Assembly (NCBI GenBank): GCA_021162685.1 | Contig: JAGGYF010000043.1 | Coordinates: forward strand, 1-21,099 | Length of the DNA stretch: 21,099 nucleotides | DNA from: Candidatus Iainarchaeum sp. | Lineage (GTDB): Archaea; B1Sed10-29; WALL01 | Reading direction: 5' to 3' | Shown here: one piece after another, positions 1 through 8,401 of the stretch | How positions within the stretch are numbered: the stretch's first letter is position 1 | Layout: every line of letters starts with the position of its first letter | Notes under the pieces: model-generated | Told to the model about the DNA's origin: nothing | The model's database searches: none | What the model saw: the letters and a program-made list of their open reading frames with translations, nothing else | Translations under genes and position numbers: made by a program

Positions 1-1268
1 CCATTCCAGAGTTGACCCTCTCTCAACATTTCCTCCATTGTTGTAATTATCTTTTCAATGCGAGGGATGCCTCTTGGGATCCTCAACCTTTTTAAAATAT
101 CCTCCGCAATCTCATTTGCTTTTTCGGGTGTCAACCTATGTTTTTCAGATATATGTTGTGCAAGCATATCTTGTGCAATTTCAGCTCCATGCTTTTCAAG
201 TAGTTCTTTTGCTATTGATTCCAATGTGGGAATATCTATCGGCTTTATACCTATATACTTTGGATGAATTCCTGATTCAAGAAGAAATGTAACTTGTTCA
301 TTACTAAGTTCTTCTGTTTTTACCCATACCTTGTTTCTATTAAAGAGAGGCAATTTCCTAAATACTGTTAGCAAAATATCGCCTGGAAGTTTATGGATAT
401 TGTTTGCAATTGCTATTAGTTCACCCCTGCTTAGTACTTCAAGTAGTTCTGGGTTCTCTCTCAAATTTTTTATTATATCCCCTAACTTTCTTCTTGCTGC
501 AGGAAGAATCTCTTCAGCAGAGACGCCCCTTTTCAAAAGAAACTCGATTTGATCTGCTGTAAGTTTCCTTGGGTCAAGAAAGACCTTTCTTTCTTTTAGA
601 AGCGCCTTGTTACTAAATAGTAATAAGAGAACATCATCAGGAATTTTATGAGCGTTATTTGCAAGTGTTATCAATTCATTTCTTTTTAGTGTTTCAAGCT
701 TTTTTGGATTTTCCAATACGATCTTTACTATTTCATCTAAACCTCTTTTTTCTGGCTTTTTCTCAGCTTTCTGAAATGCTTCCTCAATAGTCTTTTCAAT
801 TTTAGATCTATTCGCACCAACAATTTGTTTTACATTCCACTTAGCATTCTCTTTTGCATCTAAATAACTTTGGAATGCATCTTCATATCTGTAAAATTCT
901 CTTTCAACAATTGAATGGACATTCTCTTCTTTGCATATCTTATAGATGTTATCTACGTGCTCTCTGTTGTGCAGTTCATTAAATGCATTTTCTTCATGTA
1001 TTGAGATCTCCTGTTCTCTGTGAGGTAATGTTTGCTTTACTTTTGTAATATATCTATTCAATGCAATCCTGAGTTGTCCTTTCTGGCGCAAAACATTTCC
1101 ATCTTGCTCTGCAAGTTCCTCCATAAACCTCGAAATGGCCCTTTGTTTAAACTCGTGTTTTGGTAAGTCAGATGGAATGGTTTTGATAACTTCTTGCAAT
1201 ATTTTCTCATGTTCCTTGCCAAATCCCGGAGCTTTCTGAATCCTTGGCTTTTTTCGTTTTTTACGCAT
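1..1268 (-). CDS. Hypothetical protein, partial (runs off the left edge; 422 aa visible), with an internal 85-aa-period duplication
   Basis: Not in the ORF track. Manual translation gives a stop-free minus frame from ATG 1268 (MRKKTKKPRIQKAPGFGKEHEKIL...) to the window edge (...EEMLREGQLWN). TATA-like TTTTAAA at 1298-1292 is about 24 nt upstream. An alternative in-frame ATG lies at 1289. The short + strand ORFs here are antisense shadows. Confidence 0.9.
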   Translation of the reverse strand, partial: MRKKRKKPRIQKAPGFGKEHEKILQEVIKTIPSDLPKHEFKQRAISRFMEELAEQDGNVLRQKGQLRIALNRYITKVKQTLPHREQEISIHEENAFNELHNREHVDNIYKICKEENVHSIVEREFYRYEDAFQSYLDAKENAKWNVKQIVGANRSKIEKTIEEAFQKAEKKPEKRGLDEIVKIVLENPKKLETLKRNELITLANNAHKIPDDVLLLLFSNKALLKERKVFLDPRKLTADQIEFLLKRGVSAEEILPAARRKLGDIIKNLRENPELLEVLSRGELIAIANNIHKLPGDILLTVFRKLPLFNRNKVWVKTEELSNEQVTFLLESGIHPKYIGIKPIDIPTLESIAKELLEKHGAEIAQDMLAQHISEKHRLTPEKANEIAEDILKRLRIPRGIPRIEKIITTMEEMLREGQLWN

Positions 1269-1287
1269 GTTTTTGCATAATGTTTGC

Positions 1288-1302
1288 ATTCTTTAAAAGA
1301 AT
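1288..1302 (-). promoter_or_regulatory. Putative TATA box within a 7-bp inverted repeat (ATTCTTT-A-AAAGAAT) upstream of the 1268 start
   Basis: Inverted repeat read directly. Spacing to the ATG fits a leaderless archaeal promoter. Confidence 0.45.
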
Positions 1303-1366
1303 TTGTATGGAAGAAGTTCAATCTCACGAAAACGCTTGAAAATAGAGGGTTATTTAATTTTAATGT

Positions 1367-4300
1367 CTAGACACTTCTCTCAATTATCTTGCCATTCATT
1401 CCATCTATGTACAGATGCCTTGGCCCATGCTTTGAAACCAGCCAAACGTGGTATACTGGCCTGTATACCAGAGAGATATTCCTTATCCGTATCTCCCCGA
1501 ATATCTTTGGGATATCTGCAATATTCTCTTTTGGTATCTTTGGGGCAATTGCCCTTGTGCTGTTTGTTTCCTCCACTACAAAGTGTGTTTCAAGCATCGT
1601 GTATTTTGGTTTTGTGACATCATCCTTCTCAGGCAAGCTGAGTTTCTGTTTTATGGAGTATATTGTTGTTCTCCCATCCTTCTCTGATTGAAGGATGCCC
1701 ATCTCAACAAGGTCTTCTGCATTTGTCCGTGCAGTGGTCTCTGTTATATTACAGTAACCAGCAAGTCCTTTTGCACTGGCCTTCTTCCCTCTTTTTAAAA
1801 CAATTACTATCCTCCTTTTGTTTGGTGAAAGTTTTGAGAGCAGGCCAGCACCTTTTGTACTCTCTAAACCATCTTTGCCTACACTTAATATCTCTCCTGT
1901 AATACCATCCACATAACACGTGCTTCTTCTAAATCCTCTTTTCTCGTAGCGGTCATATTCAACCTTGTATATCGGATGCAACTCCAGTTCAATGTTCTTT
2001 ATGAATTCCTCATCTCCGATGAGCCATAGGAACTTCTTTTTTCTATGTTTTCTTGCGATTTTTTCTGCGGTTCTCTCGCTTATGTTTGGCTTGAATGCAA
2101 GTATTGTTTCCCCAGGCTTAAATTCTTCTTTTATCTCCTTTTGCTCCTCTGGTTCTTCTTCCTGCTTTGCTCTGATGTATTCGTTTTTAATTTCATATCT
2201 TTCGTCTTCAATAATTCCGTTGATTATCTCTTCTGTTTTTATCTTCACTTTGTATCTCTTCTTTATGGTTTCAGTTAACTGATTTATCTTTCTTTTTGAC
2301 ACCCTGCCCTTCTCCTCAATCTCTTTGATAATCATCTTTATGAGCATACGTTTTACTTGTTCTGGTTTTATGGCCTCTTCAAACTCAACTGCCTTCGCTT
2401 CTCTGCCTTCGTGCTGGCTGAATCTTGGCCTTATCTTCATTGCAAACACTCGTGATGTTTCATCACTTCTGTCGCCAACTAAACATGTTCCTATGGGCAG
2501 TGTCTTTATGAATCGCTTTGAGTATTCTTTTGGAATTTCAGCAGGCATCCTCTTGAATACTGCTTTCAGGTCATCATCAAACACAAGTTTATGGCAGATA
2601 AGAATGTCTAGCTGGGAGAGTATTCTGGTATCTATAGCAGATGGTTGCTGTGTTGCAAACACGAGGGAACAGCCAGGCCTTCTTCCCTGTTTTACGTATT
2701 CTATTAGTGCATCTGAGGCAGCTGTTTTTTTGGAGCCAGAGGGTATCAGCGTATGTGCCTCATCAATAAACAGCCATGTTGGAGGGATTTCTGTCTCCAG
2801 TAAATCATCCATATTCGCTGCAAAACGTTTCATCGCAGTTTTTCTTGTTGACAATTTTCTCGCATTTAGAATTTTCCTTGCCAATATACCTATAACCAAA
2901 CTTGTCACTTTTTCATCCAAAAAAGAAACATCTATGACTGACACTTCGCCTTCCTTACATAGTTCAACTAAAGGGGTTCCTTCTTCTGTAAAAATGCCCC
3001 ATGATTTTGCTGCTTCAAATCTTGAAACCAATGCCCTTCGTGATTCTACCTTAAATCCTTTTGCGCTACTTGTAAGTTCTTTATCATTGTTCAAGCAATT
3101 TATAATATCATCAATGCCATATTCTGGATTGCCATCCACCTTTTTTCCATCTTTTGTCACATATCCTCTCATTACTTTCTCAACTGTCTTCTCCAACAAA
3201 AGACCTGTTGGTGAAAATCTATCAATATCAAATGTGAGACACCAATCCTCAACAGTGAGGTCTGCTGGTCTCAAAGCGTAAACCTTGTCAAATGTTCCTT
3301 TTGGTAATTTGTCTCTGACACCATACGGCACGAAGACATTTACCTTATCAACGCCTTTCGGGGTTAACCCCATACGTATGAGTTCGTCAAGTTCTTTCTC
3401 ATCTTGATTTGGATATTTCATTGACCAGTATATCCCTATTGGGTCAATGATAACTGATGCGACATTTGGATTTTTTGTGTTCAGTTCTTCAATCATTACC
3501 CCTAAGTCATAGGAATTATGAGATACAATCCCTCCATTGGTGCCCGCGATGAAGTTGTGCGTGTCCTGCACTGTTATATCATAAACATAGCCTTTGTAGG
3601 GAATACTCTCAACTTCAACAATTTCATCCCAATATACATCACTGTTCACTAAGTTTTCCAGCAAGCCCATTTTCTCCTTCAATTTCTTATCTTCAAGTAG
3701 GTCCTTCGTTTCCGAGAGGATGATGTTTCTTATTTGTTGTAGTCTATTCTTGTCGCCGATCACTTTCCTTAATTCCTTTAGGGAAGCTATATCCCCTCTT
3801 TTGTACAGTTTTTGGATGAGGTTGTATTGGGCGCGGAATTTTCCAACAAAGACACCCAACGCCTTTCTGCTTGGGTAGTACTTCCCATCCTCATAGGCTT
3901 TTTGAGCTGACTTATGTGAAATGTCTTTTTGCCTTAAACCTAGCCTGTTTCTTACGAACTTAAGCGTTGCACCTATGCAAGGTATGGTATCATAATTGGG
4001 GTTTGATTTTTTCCCAAGATGAGTATCAAGTATATCTTGTTTCCTTGTAGCCATGAATCCAATGTGCTCTTTAAACTTTCTGAGGTTTTCTGTCCCATAG
4101 ATTGTAACATCGTAGTATTTTCTCCTTGTTCTATCATGCCTCATTTTTTCCTTGACTGTTGAAAAGATACCAAATCTTAGGAGCAAATAGGCAAGTCCAT
4201 TTGCGATGGATGGGCTTGCAGTGGATATCTGAATCTCTGGTGCAGTCTTGCTTACATATCCTTCACAATCTATAAATACCCTAAGAAATTCTGCGACAAT

Positions 4301-5491
4301 CTCGTTTGGAGCAGTTAAAATAAACTGAGGAACGACCTTCTCACGGGATTTCCTCCCTGTTTTGTACCCTATCTCATCTAGGAATAATTTAAGGCCCCAA
4401 GAATCAACATACTTACTCATGTTATTGTCCTTTGCATCAAGTCCAAATAGCTCATTGGTTAAAGCAGCGAAATCTTCTTTCTTTTCAACCTCCTTATTTG
4501 TGAACATCAGCCTGTAGCACTTTTTGTTATTTTTCAGAACTTCGGTCCCCTCTGCTAATACATATGCTATGAATCTCGCAAACTCTTTACTAACTTGTGG
4601 TGTTTTGATTGGCAGAGACCTTGAGGTGAATCTGACAAACGCTGAGCTGAGTTCCTGAACGTGTTGCCTGCCTTTTTCGGTTAGGGTGGCTGTTAACGGG
4701 CTGTTTCTTTTCAGAGTGATTAATCCGTCTTCTTCAAGAGCATGAGCTATATCCCAACTATGTGAACTGTCTAATGCTACACTTACCTGCTTTGGACCAT
4801 TGATTAACGAGTGGAGGAATTTCTCCTTTAACTGTGAGTGGGCATTTGAAAAACTTTGTTCGCATTCTAAGCTAAAATTAAAAGATGTGCCTTTTGGGTT
4901 TATCCTCAATTCTCTTGGTATTGCAATGTATGCTCCTTTTGAAATCTTTCCTGCTTTGACCCATTTAGGTTCTTCATCAATTACCAATAAGGGGTGCTCT
5001 TTTGTGACTGTAACTTCCCTGCCACTCCTTGTTCTCAACTTTACTAAATTTTCACTCACTTTTTTCCGGTAAACGTGTGAAATCCTAGAGAACTTTTGTT
5101 TCAAATCATTTCCTAGACTGATAACTCTGACATTTTTTGTTACTTGTATAAGCTCTTCGTTCTTATCCTTTTTCAATACTCTACCATCTGATAGCTCATC
5201 AAATATCTCCTTTATTGTCTTCAGACTTCCATCCGCCATTAAAACATTTTCTGTTGGGAGCAGGCATTTCCCAGAACCTCTTGCTCCTGATATAAATATA
5301 ACATGAGGAGCAATAGCATCCAAGTAAACAAGTTTTCCGTAACCATCCTCTTCAACAAGTCTCCCAAGGAGCAATGCACCGTTTCTTCCATACTTCTCAT
5401 GTGTTGCCTTGGTCCTCCCTATAAAAATTGCTTGGCCAGAGCTATCCGTTAGTGCTTTTAGGGTGTCGTTTACTCTGGGACTAAATGTCAT
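1367..5491 (-). CDS. HerA/FtsK-superfamily P-loop ATPase (DUF87-type), intein-containing; 1374-aa precursor, about 790 aa after splicing; C-terminal wHTH and two PepSY-like units
   Basis: Walker A GARGSGK/S split by the intein, IIDPIGIY strand, Walker B LFIDEAH, QGRRPG arginine motif and ATQQPS. Start moved from 5662 to ATG 5491 (MTFSPRV), which removes the overlap with the divergent gene and puts a TATA about 23 nt upstream. Confidence 0.9.
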   Translation of the reverse strand: MTFSPRVNDTLKALTDSSGQAIFIGRTKATHEKYGRNGALLLGRLVEEDGYGKLVYLDAIAPHVIFISGARGSGKCLLPTENVLMADGSLKTIKEIFDELSDGRVLKKDKNEELIQVTKNVRVISLGNDLKQKFSRISHVYRKKVSENLVKLRTRSGREVTVTKEHPLLVIDEEPKWVKAGKISKGAYIAIPRELRINPKGTSFNFSLECEQSFSNAHSQLKEKFLHSLINGPKQVSVALDSSHSWDIAHALEEDGLITLKRNSPLTATLTEKGRQHVQELSSAFVRFTSRSLPIKTPQVSKEFARFIAYVLAEGTEVLKNNKKCYRLMFTNKEVEKKEDFAALTNELFGLDAKDNNMSKYVDSWGLKLFLDEIGYKTGRKSREKVVPQFILTAPNEIVAEFLRVFIDCEGYVSKTAPEIQISTASPSIANGLAYLLLRFGIFSTVKEKMRHDRTRRKYYDVTIYGTENLRKFKEHIGFMATRKQDILDTHLGKKSNPNYDTIPCIGATLKFVRNRLGLRQKDISHKSAQKAYEDGKYYPSRKALGVFVGKFRAQYNLIQKLYKRGDIASLKELRKVIGDKNRLQQIRNIILSETKDLLEDKKLKEKMGLLENLVNSDVYWDEIVEVESIPYKGYVYDITVQDTHNFIAGTNGGIVSHNSYDLGVMIEELNTKNPNVASVIIDPIGIYWSMKYPNQDEKELDELIRMGLTPKGVDKVNVFVPYGVRDKLPKGTFDKVYALRPADLTVEDWCLTFDIDRFSPTGLLLEKTVEKVMRGYVTKDGKKVDGNPEYGIDDIINCLNNDKELTSSAKGFKVESRRALVSRFEAAKSWGIFTEEGTPLVELCKEGEVSVIDVSFLDEKVTSLVIGILARKILNARKLSTRKTAMKRFAANMDDLLETEIPPTWLFIDEAHTLIPSGSKKTAASDALIEYVKQGRRPGCSLVFATQQPSAIDTRILSQLDILICHKLVFDDDLKAVFKRMPAEIPKEYSKRFIKTLPIGTCLVGDRSDETSRVFAMKIRPRFSQHEGREAKAVEFEEAIKPEQVKRMLIKMIIKEIEEKGRVSKRKINQLTETIKKRYKVKIKTEEIINGIIEDERYEIKNEYIRAKQEEEPEEQKEIKEEFKPGETILAFKPNISERTAEKIARKHRKKKFLWLIGDEEFIKNIELELHPIYKVEYDRYEKRGFRRSTCYVDGITGEILSVGKDGLESTKGAGLLSKLSPNKRRIVIVLKRGKKASAKGLAGYCNITETTARTNAEDLVEMGILQSEKDGRTTIYSIKQKLSLPEKDDVTKPKYTMLETHFVVEETNSTRAIAPKIPKENIADIPKIFGEIRIRNISLVYRPVYHVWLVSKHGPRHLYIDGMNGKIIERSV
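3515..5266 (-). mobile_element. Intein (584 aa) with LAGLIDADG homing endonuclease
   Basis: N-terminal splice junction GSGK|CLLPTENV, block B VTVTKEHPL, block F VYDITVQDTHNF, C-terminal IVSHN|S with +1 Ser. Dodecapeptide motifs FIAYVLAEG and FLRVFIDCEG. Removing it restores Walker A GARGSGKS. Confidence 0.97.
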
Positions 5492-5525
5492 GCCTTTTTT
5501 AATGCAGAATGCGTATAAATATGTG
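5492..5525. promoter_or_regulatory. 34-bp divergent promoter region with a central pseudo-palindrome ATGCA-GAA-TGCGT (5502-5514)
   Basis: TTTTTTAA (5495-5502) is about 24 nt before ATG 5526 on +. TATTTATA (5521-5514) is about 23 nt before ATG 5491 on -. Confidence 0.6.
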
Positions 5526-6989
5526 ATGGCCAGGCGGGGCATAACCACACAACGTTTTAGGATTATCGGAGAACTTCTGCAGCATATTCCAGATATAAGA
5601 AATGGCTCAATCCACATGGTTTTTTCTGATATCGCAGGGCGATTTGGTGTAAGTGAAGACACTGTAAAGAACGTGTTTATGGATATGCTATGGGCAGCAA
5701 ACCCTAAGCATAAATTTTTCAGGGAGAAAAAACCGCGGTCAAGAAATGCAAAGGATGCCCTACCTGTGTATTTTGAACGAGGCGTAGATAAGAAAGAGTT
5801 TGAGGAAGCGTGTAATACCTACTTAGATAACCAGATGAAAAAGACATTTACAGAGGAGAGATTAAAACGCATCAATGCGCTAGTTGACTTCATCTCAAAA
5901 AGGCCAGATAATATACGATATGATGCCCTACATCAGTTTGTGGAGAGATATAATAAAGGGAAGCCAAAGAGAGAATGGGTCACATACGAAACACTCAAAA
6001 ACGACCTATACGGCTTAGCATATGCAACAATTGATCTTCCAGATGGTAGCAAAACAACAAAGAGAGATGTTGCTCCAGCCCATAGAAGTGATTTTGAAAA
6101 GGTAAGAAATGCAATTGAGAGGGGCCTTGTAGATTTTGAAAAGGCAAGGTATGCAAGCCAATTATTTCTTGAACATGCACCAGAAAATGATGTTGAGAGG
6201 ATGCTTCGTGTTTACAAAACAGATGATCCAGACATAGAAAGAATGGCTCAACGATTCGTTAAGTATTTGAGTTGGATGAGGGAATTAAGAGAGCAGCATT
6301 GGAATGCCCATCCTGCACGAGCGTATTCAATGGTTTGGATTTTAGCAGGGAATAAGATACATAACGAAATACCCGAAATAATTGATAGAGTATATGGGCT
6401 GCACAGGCTTGCCAAAGATATAGCTAAAGGTAAGATATCTGTGGAAGATGCAATACAGCATGAAGCGCTATCAAAATATGCTAGAGGTATCACTAAACCA
6501 GAACAATTATTGAAAAGGATAGAGAAGGAGTATGGGATAAGACATAACATGAGAGAAAAAGAGCTTAAAGAGATTGTTGACAAGGCGTATAAACAACTGT
6601 GGGAGGAAAATTTCTTGAAAGTCCAAGCGCTTTTCCATTACGAACAGGCGAGGATAAAACTCGGAAATCTTATAAAGGACCATAAAGAGACAATGCCAGA
6701 TGGAGTAAGGGAATATTATGAGAGCCTATATAAGACAATAAGGAGATGGAACGACCCTGCGAAAAGCCTTAGGAATGTTCCCTCTATTCCAAAAGAACAT
6801 TGGAAACGACTTTACAAGGATACAGTCAAGAATTATGGAAGGCGCATAGAACAGATAACGTTCCATGATGATGATATGCTCAACGATTTCCATAAGCGCA
6901 TCCTGATCATAGGGAGACATCTAAACACAGCAGATAGAATCTACGCAGAGCATATGCGCGTAAGGGAAAAGAATAAATTTAGGTGGTAA
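5526..6989 (+). CDS. Hypothetical helical protein (487 aa) with an N-terminal HTH-like motif
   Basis: Long ORF with natural composition. FSDIAGRFGVSEDTVKNVF resembles a helix-turn-helix. Start moved from 5409 to ATG 5526 (MARRGITT) to avoid overlapping the HerA-like gene. Confidence 0.8.
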   Translation: MARRGITTQRFRIIGELLQHIPDIRNGSIHMVFSDIAGRFGVSEDTVKNVFMDMLWAANPKHKFFREKKPRSRNAKDALPVYFERGVDKKEFEEACNTYLDNQMKKTFTEERLKRINALVDFISKRPDNIRYDALHQFVERYNKGKPKREWVTYETLKNDLYGLAYATIDLPDGSKTTKRDVAPAHRSDFEKVRNAIERGLVDFEKARYASQLFLEHAPENDVERMLRVYKTDDPDIERMAQRFVKYLSWMRELREQHWNAHPARAYSMVWILAGNKIHNEIPEIIDRVYGLHRLAKDIAKGKISVEDAIQHEALSKYARGITKPEQLLKRIEKEYGIRHNMREKELKEIVDKAYKQLWEENFLKVQALFHYEQARIKLGNLIKDHKETMPDGVREYYESLYKTIRRWNDPAKSLRNVPSIPKEHWKRLYKDTVKNYGRRIEQITFHDDDMLNDFHKRILIIGRHLNTADRIYAEHMRVREKNKFRW

Positions 6990-6990
6990 C

Positions 6991-7632
6991 ATGCCTCTTA
7001 GGAGAGTATCTGAAGAGGGATTAAAACTCATGCGAAAGTTCCATGATAGAATGACACATAGCAGAATAAGGCCAACGGATATTGATCATGGAAACATTCA
7101 TCTATTGAGTGGTGAGGAGAGGGAGAAAAAGGCAAAGGAGATCATAGAGGAGTATAATCTGCCAAACATGAGTTCAGAACAGTTAGCAAATGCTGTGAAA
7201 AATCTTATTGAGAGAAAAATGCCAGTTATAAAATTTAACATTGTTCTGGAGGCAATGGACCACATGGATTTTGATGAGTTATACCGCTCTTTCATTGGTG
7301 AGGAACCTCCAGAGCAGACAGAGGAGGAAGGAGAGATTTCAAACGTTGTATTGAGAAGGACACTTCTGAAAATGCTAGAAACACAGGGCGATGAATGGCT
7401 ATCTGAATTGGAACATGAGAAAGCAGCACATGATACATTGAAGGCTGTTGGCGTTGATCTTCCTGAGCCGCGGATAGAACCACCGCACGTTGGAGTAATA
7501 AACTTCAGGATGCTCAATGAGTGGGCAGAAAAGGCAATTGAGGAGGATGAGATTCTAAAAAAGATGGGCGTCCCTGAGCTTTCCTTTATCGCTGAGTGGA
7601 TGAGAAGGATAAAAAAGCAAAAGAAAGAATGA
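6991..7632 (+). CDS. Hypothetical protein (213 aa), probably co-transcribed with the upstream gene
   Basis: Starts 1 nt after the upstream stop, preceded by SD-like AGGTGG. Charged, helical composition; no family recognised. Confidence 0.8.
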   Translation: MPLRRVSEEGLKLMRKFHDRMTHSRIRPTDIDHGNIHLLSGEEREKKAKEIIEEYNLPNMSSEQLANAVKNLIERKMPVIKFNIVLEAMDHMDFDELYRSFIGEEPPEQTEEEGEISNVVLRRTLLKMLETQGDEWLSELEHEKAAHDTLKAVGVDLPEPRIEPPHVGVINFRMLNEWAEKAIEEDEILKKMGVPELSFIAEWMRRIKKQKKE

Positions 7633-8286
7633 TTATTCGGGCATTTCCATGAACCATGGACACTCTGATACCCCTCTTTTTATTGAATAGATATATAATG
7701 TTGGAAGGGTTGGCATGAGAAACTGCATTTCAGGTGGAGAATATGTAAAGAATACAGCATCGCTATATCTTTTTTCTAAGGTTTTCTTTTCACTAATCCT
7801 TACCTTTAAATATCGCTCAGCTGCTTTTTCTGCGCGTATCCTCGCGTGCTTCTTTGCCATTGGAATGAATTTTGATACTAATGTATCATCAATCTTTATG
7901 TTATAGCTACTTTCATATATGTCAGAAAGCCTTGTAATTTTAAATCCATAATGTGATACAATGGGAAGCAGACTAAAATAGTACCTATTACTTTCAAATT
8001 TTGTGCGCCCGTTTATTACAATCGAATGTTTGTCGCAAAAGATTATCTCAACATTTGTTGGTATTTCTTTTGTCATTCTATAGATATTATCAAGAGCCAA
8101 CACATCACTATAATCTGCCATTCCTGTTTTGCTTTCTTTGTGGCCTCCCCACATCCCCACAAGCTTTAGAGGATTACCGAGCATTATTGATTCTCTTATG
8201 CGTTGTTTTAGAGTTTCTGGTAGGAAGGGCCATGCTCTTCTGAACTCCCTTTTCGTAAGCATTTTGTATATGTGTTTTTCATCCAT
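7633..8286 (-). CDS. Small DIT1/PvcA (isocyanide synthase)-like protein, divergent
   Basis: Motif order resembles PvcA-type enzymes: I..G.P.x.V followed by a Lys (IMLGNPLKLVGMWGGHK vs PAFPxK), G..D..D..AL, IIFCD..., Y...L....., I..LSD, and a C-terminal PW (CPWF vs PWH). Recognised by eye only; the CDS is secure but the family call is tentative. Confidence 0.5.
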   Translation of the reverse strand: MDEKHIYKMLTKREFRRAWPFLPETLKQRIRESIMLGNPLKLVGMWGGHKESKTGMADYSDVLALDNIYRMTKEIPTNVEIIFCDKHSIVINGRTKFESNRYYFSLLPIVSHYGFKITRLSDIYESSYNIKIDDTLVSKFIPMAKKHARIRAEKAAERYLKVRISEKKTLEKRYSDAVFFTYSPPEMQFLMPTLPTLYIYSIKRGVSECPWFMEMPE

Positions 8287-8291
8287 TTTTG

Positions 8292-8335
8292 AGGAGAGCC
8301 CAGGCTAACGAAAAAGGGAAATTATGGGCTCTCCT
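8292..8335 (-). promoter_or_regulatory. GC-rich 11-bp perfect inverted repeat (hairpin) ending 5 nt upstream of the 8286 start codon
   Basis: AGGAGAGCCCA (8292-8302) and TGGGCTCTCCT (8325-8335), with a 22-nt loop. Confidence 0.7.
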
Positions 8336-8368
8336 TCCCACCCAGCGTTTATCTATGCCTAGTAAAGG

Positions 8369-8376
8369 TTTTTATA
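8369..8376. promoter_or_regulatory. Putative TATA box TTTTTATA, possibly bidirectional
   Basis: 25 nt upstream of ATG 8402 on +. Reads TATAAAAA on -, positioned to start a transcript just upstream of the hairpin. Confidence 0.55.
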
Positions 8377-8401
8377 GCTGGATAATAAAAGATATGATAG
8401 T

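Noticed and set aside
58-1327. Short ORFs 58-267, 74-292, 331-552 (+) and 1058-1327 (-)
   Set aside because: Antisense or off-frame shadows of the long minus-strand CDS 1-1268.
2325-3281. 318-aa antisense ORF, and similar antisense ORFs over ileS, the TPR gene and the pilus genes
   Set aside because: Ser/Phe/Ile-rich mirror translations of Lys/Glu-rich genes, with no motifs or independent expression signals.
1367-5491. Naming the ATPase herA of the NurA/Mre11/Rad50 repair system
   Set aside because: No partner genes are in the window, the N-terminus is short and the C-terminal tail is atypical. Only the superfamily is supported.
5409-5662. Apparent 254-bp head-to-head overlap of ORFs 1367-5662 and 5409-6989
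   Set aside because: An artefact of longest-ORF calling. Starts at 5491 and 5526 remove the overlap and each has a correctly spaced TATA-like box.
8280-8342. Possible 20-aa GTG-initiated leader or precursor peptide (MGRRAHNFPFSLAWALLKNG) overlapping the 8286 start
   Set aside because: GTG start without independent support, and ORFs this short arise by chance. The hairpin explains the sequence better. Ribosome profiling would settle it.
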